A DNA stretch of 17,928 nucleotides from Candidatus Micrarchaeota archaeon. Lineage in GTDB: Archaea; B1Sed10-29; JAJRYS01. The position numbers were made by a program, and so were the translations under genes. Below are positions 1 through 7,605 of the stretch, piece by piece. Under the pieces are notes generated by a model. That model was not told the origin of the DNA. It saw only the letters and a list, made by a program, of their open reading frames with translations, and made no database searches. The stretch is from NCBI GenBank assembly GCA_964496415.1, contig CAZBZN010000011.1, forward strand, positions 3,349-21,276, given 5' to 3'. How positions within the stretch are numbered: position 1 is the stretch's first letter; each line of letters opens with the position of its first letter.

Positions 1-2
1 CA

Positions 3-428
3 GAAATAGAAGCCTTTGAAATAATAGACTTCCCAAACCCAATAAACGCCTACGAGTTCTGTAAAAAAATAGAAGCAAACATAGTCACGAACAAAGACGT
101 GCTAAAAAACAAAAGAGTTTATTCAACAACAATCGTTGACTCAATGAGAGCAATCTTAGAACTACCTGCAAACGAGTTCATAAAAATCTATGGGTCAACA
201 ACTGAAAGGGCATTAATATTCACAAACGTTACAATGGGAAGAAGCCCAATGGTAGCAATAAGAGTAACAGAACTAAAACCATCAGTAGTAGTACTTCACA
301 ACGTAGTAGAAGTAGACAAAATTGCTAAAAAAATCTCAGAAGTAGAAAAAGTACCATTAGTATCAACCCTTCTTCCAATAGATGAAATCAAAAAAAGAAT
401 AAAAGAAATAGCTAAAAACAACCACTAA
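3..428 (+). CDS. 3' part of an archaeal HTH transcriptional regulator (COG1709-like, C-terminal DRTGG-like domain); 5' end lies outside the window
   Basis: Frame is open from base 3 (EIEAFEIIDFP...) to TAA at 426-428, so the GTG at 99 is not the real start. Contains the family motif YGSTTERALIFTNVTMGRSPMVAIRV. Confidence 0.75.
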   Translation, partial: EIEAFEIIDFPNPINAYEFCKKIEANIVTNKDVLKNKRVYSTTIVDSMRAILELPANEFIKIYGSTTERALIFTNVTMGRSPMVAIRVTELKPSVVVLHNVVEVDKIAKKISEVEKVPLVSTLLPIDEIKKRIKEIAKNNH

Positions 429-430
429 CC

Positions 431-1069
431 TCAAACAAGCCTTCTTATAACATCCTTCAACTTCTCTGAATTCAAGTCAAAATTCTCAACAACAAAAACA
501 TCCAAAGGCAAGTTAGCTTTTATTGCACCATCAACATACTCCTCAGAAACCAACAAAAGCCTCTTAGGTTTTAAAAAGAAAGAAGCATTCTTCAAATCAT
601 TCAAATCAGAAGACGAGAACACCTTCTTAGCAAACACAACCAAGTCAAGCTTGTTCATGCGTGAAAGCAAACGATTAGCAACCTCCCTAATCATAGTTGA
701 AGTGAAAAACTCATGAGAAGAAAGCATTCTCTCAGTCACTTCATCTAAATCATAAAGCAAATCATTACCAAGCAAGACAACAAAATGAGGGTTAATCACT
801 CCAACTCCATCACTCTTAGGATAATAAAACACTGGCCTGTGCCATATGTTAATCTTTCTCCCAAGCTTATCAACAACACTTGCTGAAGGACCTGAAAGAG
901 TAGGAGAAAAAACATCCTCTTCAGGCTCTTTTTTAACTTCTTCAGCTATTATTGTAAAACTCTTAGGCTCAAAAGCCTTAACCAAAGAAAACAATACCTT
1001 CAACTCAAAATCAAGCAAGCCAAGCTTCTTAGCCTTATTAAACTCATTATCATTACCTATAAGCATCAT
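431..1069 (-). CDS. hypothetical protein, 212 aa
   Basis: Long ORF whose start overlaps the pyrG stop by 17 nt, consistent with coupling. No motif recognised. Confidence 0.7.
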   Translation of the reverse strand: MMLIGNDNEFNKAKKLGLLDFELKVLFSLVKAFEPKSFTIIAEEVKKEPEEDVFSPTLSGPSASVVDKLGRKINIWHRPVFYYPKSDGVGVINPHFVVLLGNDLLYDLDEVTERMLSSHEFFTSTMIREVANRLLSRMNKLDLVVFAKKVFSSSDLNDLKNASFFLKPKRLLLVSEEYVDGAIKANLPLDVFVVENFDLNSEKLKDVIRRLV

Positions 1070-2696
1070 TCAACTCACTATTCTCTTTTTCAAGCCCTGC
1101 CTTAACCAATCCAAAAAACAATGGGTTAGGCTTTCCAGGCCATGAAGTAAACTCAGGATGAGCTTGAGTTGCTACAAAAAAAGGATGACCTTTAACTTCT
1201 ATGAACTCAGCAAGCCTGCCATCAGGAGACTTGCCACTAACAAGCATGCCCTTTGATTCAAGCAAGTCATGGTATTCTGGATTAACTTCATACCTGTGCC
1301 TGTGTCTTTCAAAAACCACGCCGTCAGCTATTCTTCCTGCCTCTTCATAAAGCTTCCAAACCAAGCTACCCTTCACTAAAACAGCTGGGAACTCACCAAG
1401 CCTCATGGTTCCTCCTTTTTCATTAATTCCTCTCTGCTCAGGCAAAATATCAACAACCTTATGCTCTGCATGCGGGTTTATCTCAGAAGAATCAGCATCA
1501 AGCCCGCATACATTCCTAGCAAACTCAACCACTGCAAGCTGCATTCCAAAACAAAGCCCTAAGAAAGGCTTTTTGTTCTCACGGCAGTATTTTATAGCCT
1601 CAAGTTTTCCTTTCACTCCTGAAGAACCAAAACCACCTGGAACTATCACACAATCCACTTCCTCCAAATCCTTTGTAATGTTCTCGCTTAACGAGTTAAT
1701 CCACTTAATGACTGGCTTAGCGCCAAGCTTGGCGCAAGCATGCTTTACAGCCTCATTTACTGAAATATAAGAATCCTTTAACTCAAACTCGCCAGTGGCA
1801 ACATACTTACCAACAATACCCACCACTATTTCCTTTGAAGCATTCCTAAACTCATCAACTATCCTCTGCCACAAGTAAAGCTGGTTTCCTCTTGGCTTAA
1901 GCCCAAGCTTATCAAGAATAGCATCACCAAAACCCTGGCTCTCAAAAACCAAAGGAAGCTCGTAAATGTTCTCAACATCAGGATTGTTTATAACACACTC
2001 AGGCTTAACATTACAAAACAACGCAAGCTTCTGCCTACGTACAGAGTCAACCTCCCTCACTGACCTGCATACCAAAAAGTCTGGCTGTATGCCCATCTGC
2101 TGCAGGAACTTCACAGAATGCTGAGTAGGCTTTGTCTTAGGCTCTCCTAAAAACCCAGGCACTGGAACAAAAGAAACATGAACAAAAACAACCCTCTGAC
2201 CTAATTCAAGCTTAAGCTGCCTAGCTGCTTCCAAGAAAGGAACATTCTCATAATCACCAACAGTACCGCCAATCTCAACCAAAAGAATATCATTACCCTC
2301 AGCATTCTTCATTATAGCCTTTTTTATCTCATCAGTCAAATGAGGGATTATTTGAACTGTTTTCCCAAGATAATCCCCTTTTCTCTCTTTTTCAATAACC
2401 TTCTTGTAAACCTTTCCAGTAGTAAGGTTATGGTCTTTTGACAATGTTTTATGAAGAAAACGCTCGTAATTCCCTAAATCCTGGTCAATCTCACCACCAT
2501 CAGCTGTCACGAACACTTCACCATGCTCTGTTGGCCTCATAGTGCCAGCGTCAACATTAATGTAAGGGTCTATCTTCATGGCTGAGACTTCAAAACCCTT
2601 GCATGCAAGCAACCTTGCTATAGAAGAAGTGGTTATTCCTTTACCCAACCCGCTCATTACTCCACCAGTCACGAAAACAAGGCAAGGCGCACTCAT
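1053..2696 (-). CDS. pyrG: CTP synthase (glutamine-hydrolysing)
   Basis: FVTGGVMSGLGKG, KIDPYINVDAGTM, EHGEVFV, EIGGTVGD, KTKPTQHSV; GATase domain with PGGFG, GLCFGMQ, ERHRHRYEVN, HPE. Confidence 0.98.
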   Translation of the reverse strand: MSAPCLVFVTGGVMSGLGKGITTSSIARLLACKGFEVSAMKIDPYINVDAGTMRPTEHGEVFVTADGGEIDQDLGNYERFLHKTLSKDHNLTTGKVYKKVIEKERKGDYLGKTVQIIPHLTDEIKKAIMKNAEGNDILLVEIGGTVGDYENVPFLEAARQLKLELGQRVVFVHVSFVPVPGFLGEPKTKPTQHSVKFLQQMGIQPDFLVCRSVREVDSVRRQKLALFCNVKPECVINNPDVENIYELPLVFESQGFGDAILDKLGLKPRGNQLYLWQRIVDEFRNASKEIVVGIVGKYVATGEFELKDSYISVNEAVKHACAKLGAKPVIKWINSLSENITKDLEEVDCVIVPGGFGSSGVKGKLEAIKYCRENKKPFLGLCFGMQLAVVEFARNVCGLDADSSEINPHAEHKVVDILPEQRGINEKGGTMRLGEFPAVLVKGSLVWKLYEEAGRIADGVVFERHRHRYEVNPEYHDLLESKGMLVSGKSPDGRLAEFIEVKGHPFFVATQAHPEFTSWPGKPNPLFFGLVKAGLEKENSELNDAYR

Positions 2697-2720
2697 GGTT
2701 AATTGTATAGGAAAAGTTAG

Positions 2721-2728
2721 TATTTAAT
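2721..2728 (-). promoter_or_regulatory. putative TATA box of pyrG (leaderless transcript)
   Basis: Minus-strand ATTAAATA ends 25 nt upstream of the ATG at 2696; no SD motif in between. Confidence 0.5.
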
Positions 2729-2762
2729 CTTAACCAAACCAAATCAAAAAACAGATTAATGC

Positions 2763-2770
2763 AAAAAAGA
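2763..2770 (-). terminator. oligo-T tract, putative terminator of the structured ncRNA
   Basis: Minus-strand TCTTTTTT just 3' of the last helix (ends at 2777). Confidence 0.45.
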
Positions 2771-2774
2771 TGTG

Positions 2775-2965
2775 AATGCAAGGGTAACAAGTTCTTCCTG
2801 CCGAAGCAGAAAGAACTGCACCTCCCTCATCACCTCCTGGGCGATGCTGGAGTCACCCCTGCAATTCTCCCACGTCCCATCAAAAATGATGAAACGTGGA
2901 CAGAGCCCAGGCAAGAAAACCTCATGGGTTTCTTTTTAACCCTCATTCGAGGGACCTAGGATGCT
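2775..2965 (-). ncRNA. unassigned structured non-coding RNA, ~190 nt
   Basis: GC-rich island with seven helices found by eye, 8 G-U pairs that work only on the minus strand, a cUUCGg tetraloop, an upstream TATA box and a downstream T-tract. Confidence 0.75.
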
Positions 2966-2987
2966 AAAAGAATACTGCACTACCAAG

Positions 2988-2995
2988 TATTTAAA
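2988..2995 (-). promoter_or_regulatory. TATA box (with BRE) for the putative ncRNA
   Basis: Minus-strand gcaaagg-TTTAAATA; predicted TSS ~2965, immediately before the first helix (2960). Confidence 0.6.
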
Positions 2996-3129
2996 CCTTT
3001 GCATTAACCTTACAAATTTATAAATGCCAAAAGTGCCCTCTTAAACAATGTCCAAGCTGCAGAGCTTATACATATTTAACAACAGGAGATGCTTATGCTC
3101 CAGACCCAGCATGTGTTTTTGATTGGTAG
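2995..3129 (+). pseudogene. C-terminal fragment of a radical SAM/SPASM-domain protein, no start codon
   Basis: After TAA at 2992-2994 the frame reads TFALTLQIYKCQKCPLKQCPSCRAYTYLTTGDAYAPDPACVFDW*, matching the SPASM tail CxxC-x4/5-CxxCRAxAYxxTGDxxxxDPxC. No in-frame ATG/GTG/TTG. Confidence 0.7.
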
Positions 3130-4156
3130 CGGAGAAATAGAAGGTTTACTAGACACACTACAATTAACTTATACAAAAGTAAAAGAGTTAAGTGAAGTGC
3201 CAGTAGGCTCAGAGGTAGTTATTGACACAAATATAAAGCCGGGAAAGAAAGCAATCATGGAAAAGAAGCATAATGTGAAGATATATGATAGAGCAGATGT
3301 TATCTTAGCACTTTTCAAAAAACACGCTTCTCCTTTAGGAAGCCTTCAACTAAAACTCATTGAAATGCAAAGAAAGTACGCTATTGCAGGAGATATTGAA
3401 AGACTAAAATTAAGAAGACAGATAAAAATCATTAAAAACAAAATAGCAAGACTCCAGCAAGTCAAAGAAAACCCCCTATTGAAATTAAAAGAAAAAGGGT
3501 ATTATATTGTGCCAATGGTTGGGTATACTAATGCTGGTAAAAGTACTCTTTTTAATATACTGATTGGCAAGCAAAAAGCACCTACAAGAGATGAACTTTT
3601 TACGACAAGCATTGTACGGTGTGGTCTCTTGGATCTTGGCATAAAAGTAATACTTACTGATACTGTTGGATTCATAAAAGACATCCCTGAAAAACTTATT
3701 CCCGCTTACCACAGCACTTTAAATGTTATGAAGATCTCAGACCTTGTTATCCATGTGCTTGACTCCTCTGACCATGAAATTAGTTCAAAAAAAGCACTTG
3801 GAGAAGAAATAATAAAATCATATACAAACGCCCCTATTTTAACAGTGATGAATAAAAAAGACCTCATACCCTCCAAAAAAATAGCATCAAATGCAGTGCT
3901 TACTTCTGCTGTTAACAAAGATCTTGATAATTTATTGGAAGAAATATTAAACCACTTAAAACCATACGAAGAAACTATTTTTTTAAGCTATGAAAAAATA
4001 CAATTACTTCATACAATTCCCTTTACAGTGCACAAAAAAATTGAAAAACTTCAGGGTGGACTTAGAATCACTTTAAAAGGAAAAAAAGACATAGTCAAAA
4101 GAACAATAGCCTTATTGAAAAAACAATCTAAAAACTCTAAAAACCCTGCTCCTTAG
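3089..4156 (+). CDS. hflX: divergent HflX-family ribosome-associated GTPase; start uncertain (ATG 3089/3095 or GTG 3113)
   Basis: G1 VGYTNAGKSTLFN, G2 DELFTT, G3 TDTVGFI, G4 NKKD, G5 SA; N-terminal IYDRADVILALF resembles the HflX DRxxLILxIF motif. Confidence 0.85.
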   Translation: MLMLQTQHVFLIGSGEIEGLLDTLQLTYTKVKELSEVPVGSEVVIDTNIKPGKKAIMEKKHNVKIYDRADVILALFKKHASPLGSLQLKLIEMQRKYAIAGDIERLKLRRQIKIIKNKIARLQQVKENPLLKLKEKGYYIVPMVGYTNAGKSTLFNILIGKQKAPTRDELFTTSIVRCGLLDLGIKVILTDTVGFIKDIPEKLIPAYHSTLNVMKISDLVIHVLDSSDHEISSKKALGEEIIKSYTNAPILTVMNKKDLIPSKKIASNAVLTSAVNKDLDNLLEEILNHLKPYEETIFLSYEKIQLLHTIPFTVHKKIEKLQGGLRITLKGKKDIVKRTIALLKKQSKNSKNPAP

Positions 4157-4529
4157 CCCTCTTATACTCTTCATGAAGTTTTTTCACATGCCTTGAATCA
4201 ACTCTTCTTTTTCCAAAGCACTTATGAGGAACAAGCCCTCCTGTAAACTTTTTTGGGATATGAAGAAGCTCATGAATTATCACTTTTTCTTTTTCTTCTT
4301 GACTTAGCTTGTCAAAATGCTGTGACAAAACCTCAATTACATAATGCGGTTTTACTCCTAAAGCTTTCTGCCATATCTTAGGAAGCTCCCATATTCTTGC
4401 ATAAGCATTGGCTTTTGAGCCATAACTCCTCATGTATATTATCCTTGAAGAGTCAATATGCTCAAGTTTAAGAGTTCTGATTATGTCATTTGCTTTCTCC
4501 TGAACGTCTGGAGCGTAATGAAACTTCAT
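4137..4529 (-). CDS. putative zinc metallopeptidase (COG4900/phage-metallopeptidase-like)
   Basis: HEXXH in VIIHELLHIP, plus AYARIW and YVIEV. ATG 4529 preferred over TTG 4550 because a TATA-like TTTTAATT lies ~22 nt upstream. Confidence 0.8.
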   Translation of the reverse strand: MKFHYAPDVQEKANDIIRTLKLEHIDSSRIIYMRSYGSKANAYARIWELPKIWQKALGVKPHYVIEVLSQHFDKLSQEEKEKVIIHELLHIPKKFTGGLVPHKCFGKRRVDSRHVKKLHEEYKRAKEQGF

Positions 4530-4582
4530 GGTAAAATTAACTCTTTTCAAAATTAAAAGTCTTAGGATTTAACAAAACAAGA

Positions 4583-4604
4583 GAGGGAACGGAAACGTTC
4601 CCTC
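4583..4604. other. perfect 9-bp GC-rich hairpin in an intergenic spacer (terminator-like element or part of a small RNA)
   Basis: GAGGGAACG-GAAA-CGTTCCCTC. GNRA loop on plus; followed by TCTTGTTTTGTT on minus. Confidence 0.6.
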
Positions 4605-4681
4605 CAAGGCAACGGTGACGCATTCTGGAAAAAGGTCTGTTCAGATTTATTACTAAACGTTGAAATATTTAAAACCATAGG

Positions 4682-5125
4682 TCACAAAGTAACCACTAAG
4701 TAGTCAGTTACAATGCATATTATCAGTGCTGAGGCAATACTAATAAAAGAAACTTTTAAAGATTCTCTGAAATTTCCTTTTTCTGTAAGGTCTTCAAACA
4801 AGCTAAGACCCATTTTAACAGTTGCTATAAGGATTATCACTGCTGAAAGCATTCCAAAAATAACAAAACTACTTGGAATTCCAGTTACTTTGTAAATCCA
4901 GCCGTAAAAGATCCCTGCAAAAAAACTAACAATTGGAGAACCATAGCCAAAGAACAACAAGCCAAAAGAAAACATTATTATCGTTATTAATAAAGTGGTG
5001 GAGTTAGCTGGAAAAACTAAAAGTGAATAAGGAAGCCCGTAGTACTTCATTCCAAAAAAGCCTATGAAAAGCAATACTAATGATGAGAGGTAAACTATTA
5101 ATTCTTTTAAAGTAAACAAAGCCAT
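4682..5125 (-). CDS. integral membrane protein, ~4-5 TM, unknown function
   Basis: Hydrophobic 147-aa ORF abutting the upstream gene (stop 5126, start 5125). Confidence 0.75.
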   Translation of the reverse strand: MALFTLKELIVYLSSLVLLFIGFFGMKYYGLPYSLLVFPANSTTLLITIIMFSFGLLFFGYGSPIVSFFAGIFYGWIYKVTGIPSSFVIFGMLSAVIILIATVKMGLSLFEDLTEKGNFRESLKVSFISIASALIICIVTDYLVVTL

Positions 5126-5998
5126 TCACTTCACCCTCTTAGCAAGCCTTGTATGATAAGCATGAGCCATTGTCTCAACTTTCCTGTGAAAGTCATAAAC
5201 TTCTCTTGAACAAATAATAAACTGATAAACTAAAGCAAAACTTATGCCAAGTATTGTTAGCAGTATGTTAAAATAAGGAACTATTATTGGGCTAAGGACA
5301 GACAAAGGAAAAGTAAAAACTAAAAGTAATCCAATTGGAACAGCTAAAGCTACGCCCATTGAAAGCAAATAAACTCTGATTACTCCTCTTAAATTAAACC
5401 TTAAGAAGTCAAAAGCATTAAACAATGCTTCTCCTATAGAGTCTCCTGCAGCAGCATTAGGAATAGCTAAAGCAAAAATCACTGCAAAGTTAAGCAAGAG
5501 CACTAACTGAAAGCCTTGAAGTGAAAAAGAAGAAATGAAAAACACTACAACAGAAGCAATAAAAGCAAGCGCTATTGATGAAAAAGTCAGCCCCTTAAAA
5601 CAAGAAGAATTGTACTTGTTCTTGAAATTAAATACCGCGCGTGATACTACTGCAAAGACCAAGTACTGTAAGAACAAGCTTACAAAAACCAATAAAACAA
5701 TAATATTTGAAAAAGGATTTGAAAAGAATTCAACAACTTGAGAAGTTGTTATACCTTTAGTTATTCCTCCGAACCTCATGATAGGGATTATTCCATCAGC
5801 TCCTATCTCATCATACTTTGAAATATTCGTAGCTGACAGTGAAATCTCTCCTCCGAAAAATCTTTCAGTAACAGAAAATATATCTTCATTTGAAAAATAA
5901 ACAGAAGCAGATAATAAAAAGCAGATAACTAAAGCTGGCAAAAGAATCAAGCTTATCTTCTTCTTAAGCATGATGAAAGGATAAGTAACCAAGTCCAT
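5126..5998 (-). CDS. integral membrane protein, ~6 TM, unknown function
   Basis: 290-aa ORF with several long hydrophobic stretches; starts 11 nt after the PAP2 stop. Confidence 0.75.
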   Translation of the reverse strand: MDLVTYPFIMLKKKISLILLPALVICFLLSASVYFSNEDIFSVTERFFGGEISLSATNISKYDEIGADGIIPIMRFGGITKGITTSQVVEFFSNPFSNIIVLLVFVSLFLQYLVFAVVSRAVFNFKNKYNSSCFKGLTFSSIALAFIASVVVFFISSFSLQGFQLVLLLNFAVIFALAIPNAAAGDSIGEALFNAFDFLRFNLRGVIRVYLLSMGVALAVPIGLLLVFTFPLSVLSPIIVPYFNILLTILGISFALVYQFIICSREVYDFHRKVETMAHAYHTRLAKRVK

Positions 5999-6009
5999 TT
6001 AAAACCCCT

Positions 6010-6633
6010 TTATTTCAAAAAGGACTTAAGGTTTATAATTTTTTCTAAGCAAAGCAAGTCCTTTTCTACAACCCAGTACATTAACTCTGACAAAATCAAA
6101 CCTATCAAAGCACCAAAAATAACATCAGACAAGTAGTGCACTTGAAGGTATATTCTTGAAAAAGCTACTAAAAAAGCAGCTGAGTAAAAGAACACTTTAT
6201 AATTAAAGTACTTTGAAAGAATAGAAAACATGAAAAAAGCTCTTGAAGAATGAGAAGAAGGGAAAGAATAAGAAAAAGCCTCTGTCTTCATTAAGAAATC
6301 ATACGATTTAGGCCTGCTTCTCTTAATAGTTATCTTTAACAACCCAACAACCACTAAATCTAAAAACAAACCTAATAAGAAAGCCTTTAATAACTTCCTC
6401 TTATGCTCATGCCTTAAAACCAGAACTATTAAAATGATTAAAGGTATTCCAAGAGTTATGCCAGCAATCTCAGAAGCATAAAGCATAACCACGTCAAGCA
6501 AAGGGCTTCTCATAGAGTTAACAAAACTTAAAACGCTTTCATCAAACCAAAAAGAAACAATCCCAAAAAGCAAAATGATTAAAAAAATTAAAACCTTCTG
6601 CTTCCAATAATCCCTTGCCTCTTGAGAAATCAT
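6010..6633 (-). CDS. PAP2-family membrane lipid phosphatase
   Basis: C1 KITIKRSRP, C2 SFPSSH, C3 SRIYLQVHYLSD. Confidence 0.92.
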   Translation of the reverse strand: MISQEARDYWKQKVLIFLIILLFGIVSFWFDESVLSFVNSMRSPLLDVVMLYASEIAGITLGIPLIILIVLVLRHEHKRKLLKAFLLGLFLDLVVVGLLKITIKRSRPKSYDFLMKTEAFSYSFPSSHSSRAFFMFSILSKYFNYKVFFYSAAFLVAFSRIYLQVHYLSDVIFGALIGLILSELMYWVVEKDLLCLEKIINLKSFLK

Positions 6634-6636
6634 TTC

Positions 6637-7605
6637 CTACAACTCCAAAAAAGCTTCTCCTGATAACTTTTTAACCTTCCTATTAAAATAATAGTCATCC
6701 TCTATTCTTAAACCACCAGTCTTAGTTATGAGACCAGGTTCTAAAGCAAAAGTAACTCCCTTAACAACTTTATCTTTAGACTTGACAGTTATGCTTGGTT
6801 TTTCATGAACATCTAAACCAATCCCATGACCCAAGCTATAACACCAGTCTTCAAATACTCCTTCTTGTTTGAAAAAAGCTTTTACTGCTTTCGCTGGCTC
6901 TGAAAAAAACTTAGCTTTCTTGATTCTCTTAACAGCAATCTCCTGAGCTTCACGTACTATATTAAAAAGTTCTACTTGCTCTTCAGTTGGCTTTATCGCA
7001 AAAGTCCTTGTAATATCAGAACAATACCCACTGACTTTAAAACCGCAATCAACCACTATAAACTCTCCCTTTCTTATTTTGTTATTCGTCGGCAAAGGAT
7101 GAATCTTTAAAGTATTAACTCCTGCAGAAACAATAGGAAAGAAAGCAATGCCATCAGCTTCTTTTAACCCTTCACTTAAAATAAATCTTGCTAAGTCCTT
7201 CTCCCTGATGCCCTGTCTTATCTTTTCAGAAGCTTTTCCAATCACTTCACAAGTAATCCTAACAGCTTCTTTTATGCTTTTAACCTCTTCACGTGTTTTA
7301 ACCATCCTCTTTTCAAGTAATTCTTTTGAAAAATCAACAACCTTAACAACATTCATAAGTCTTTCAAGAAAAACTTTGTCAGTTGAGTCAAAAGGAACAT
7401 AAACCTTTCTAATACCAAAACTAAGAAGCTGCTTCTTTAACTCATCAAAAACCCTGTTGCTCCTAATCACTCTAACTCCTTCAACTTTTCTTATTTCAGG
7501 AGTAATCAGCACTTTCTCCTTAGCTATCAAAAGAACTCCAGTAACAGCATCCTCACCTAAAAAATATTTTATGCTTTTCTCATCAGCCAAAACCAAACAC
7601 TTCAT
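6637..7605 (-). CDS. M24-family Xaa-Pro aminopeptidase/prolidase
   Basis: VDCG, YCSDITRT, GHGIGLDVHE, LEPG and GLRIEDD carry the metal ligands. Confidence 0.92.
   Translation of the reverse strand: MKCLVLADEKSIKYFLGEDAVTGVLLIAKEKVLITPEIRKVEGVRVIRSNRVFDELKKQLLSFGIRKVYVPFDSTDKVFLERLMNVVKVVDFSKELLEKRMVKTREEVKSIKEAVRITCEVIGKASEKIRQGIREKDLARFILSEGLKEADGIAFFPIVSAGVNTLKIHPLPTNNKIRKGEFIVVDCGFKVSGYCSDITRTFAIKPTEEQVELFNIVREAQEIAVKRIKKAKFFSEPAKAVKAFFKQEGVFEDWCYSLGHGIGLDVHEKPSITVKSKDKVVKGVTFALEPGLITKTGGLRIEDDYYFNRKVKKLSGEAFLEL

Noticed and set aside
2870..2899. Hammerhead-like words on plus (GTC...TGATGA/GAAAC)
   Set aside because: TGATGA and GAAAC overlap, leaving no stem II, and the core C of CUGAUGA is missing. 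Explained as the complement of a G-U-containing minus-strand hairpin.
2759..2959. 66-aa plus-strand ORF
   Set aside because: Antisense to the structured RNA, no recognisable motif; the G-U pattern indicates selection on minus-strand RNA structure.
2775..2965. Identification as RNase P RNA, SRP RNA, C/D sRNA, or TPP/glycine riboswitch
   Set aside because: No GAGGAA or ACAGAA boxes, no SRP54-binding helix-8 motif, GUGAUGA has no downstream CUGA, no CUGAGA, and glycine-like words are out of order. Judged by eye; cmscan would be decisive.
4608..4630. Fluoride riboswitch-like start GGCAACGGTG
   Set aside because: The complementary CGCC/UGCC strand and the downstream GCUGAUGAC motif are absent.
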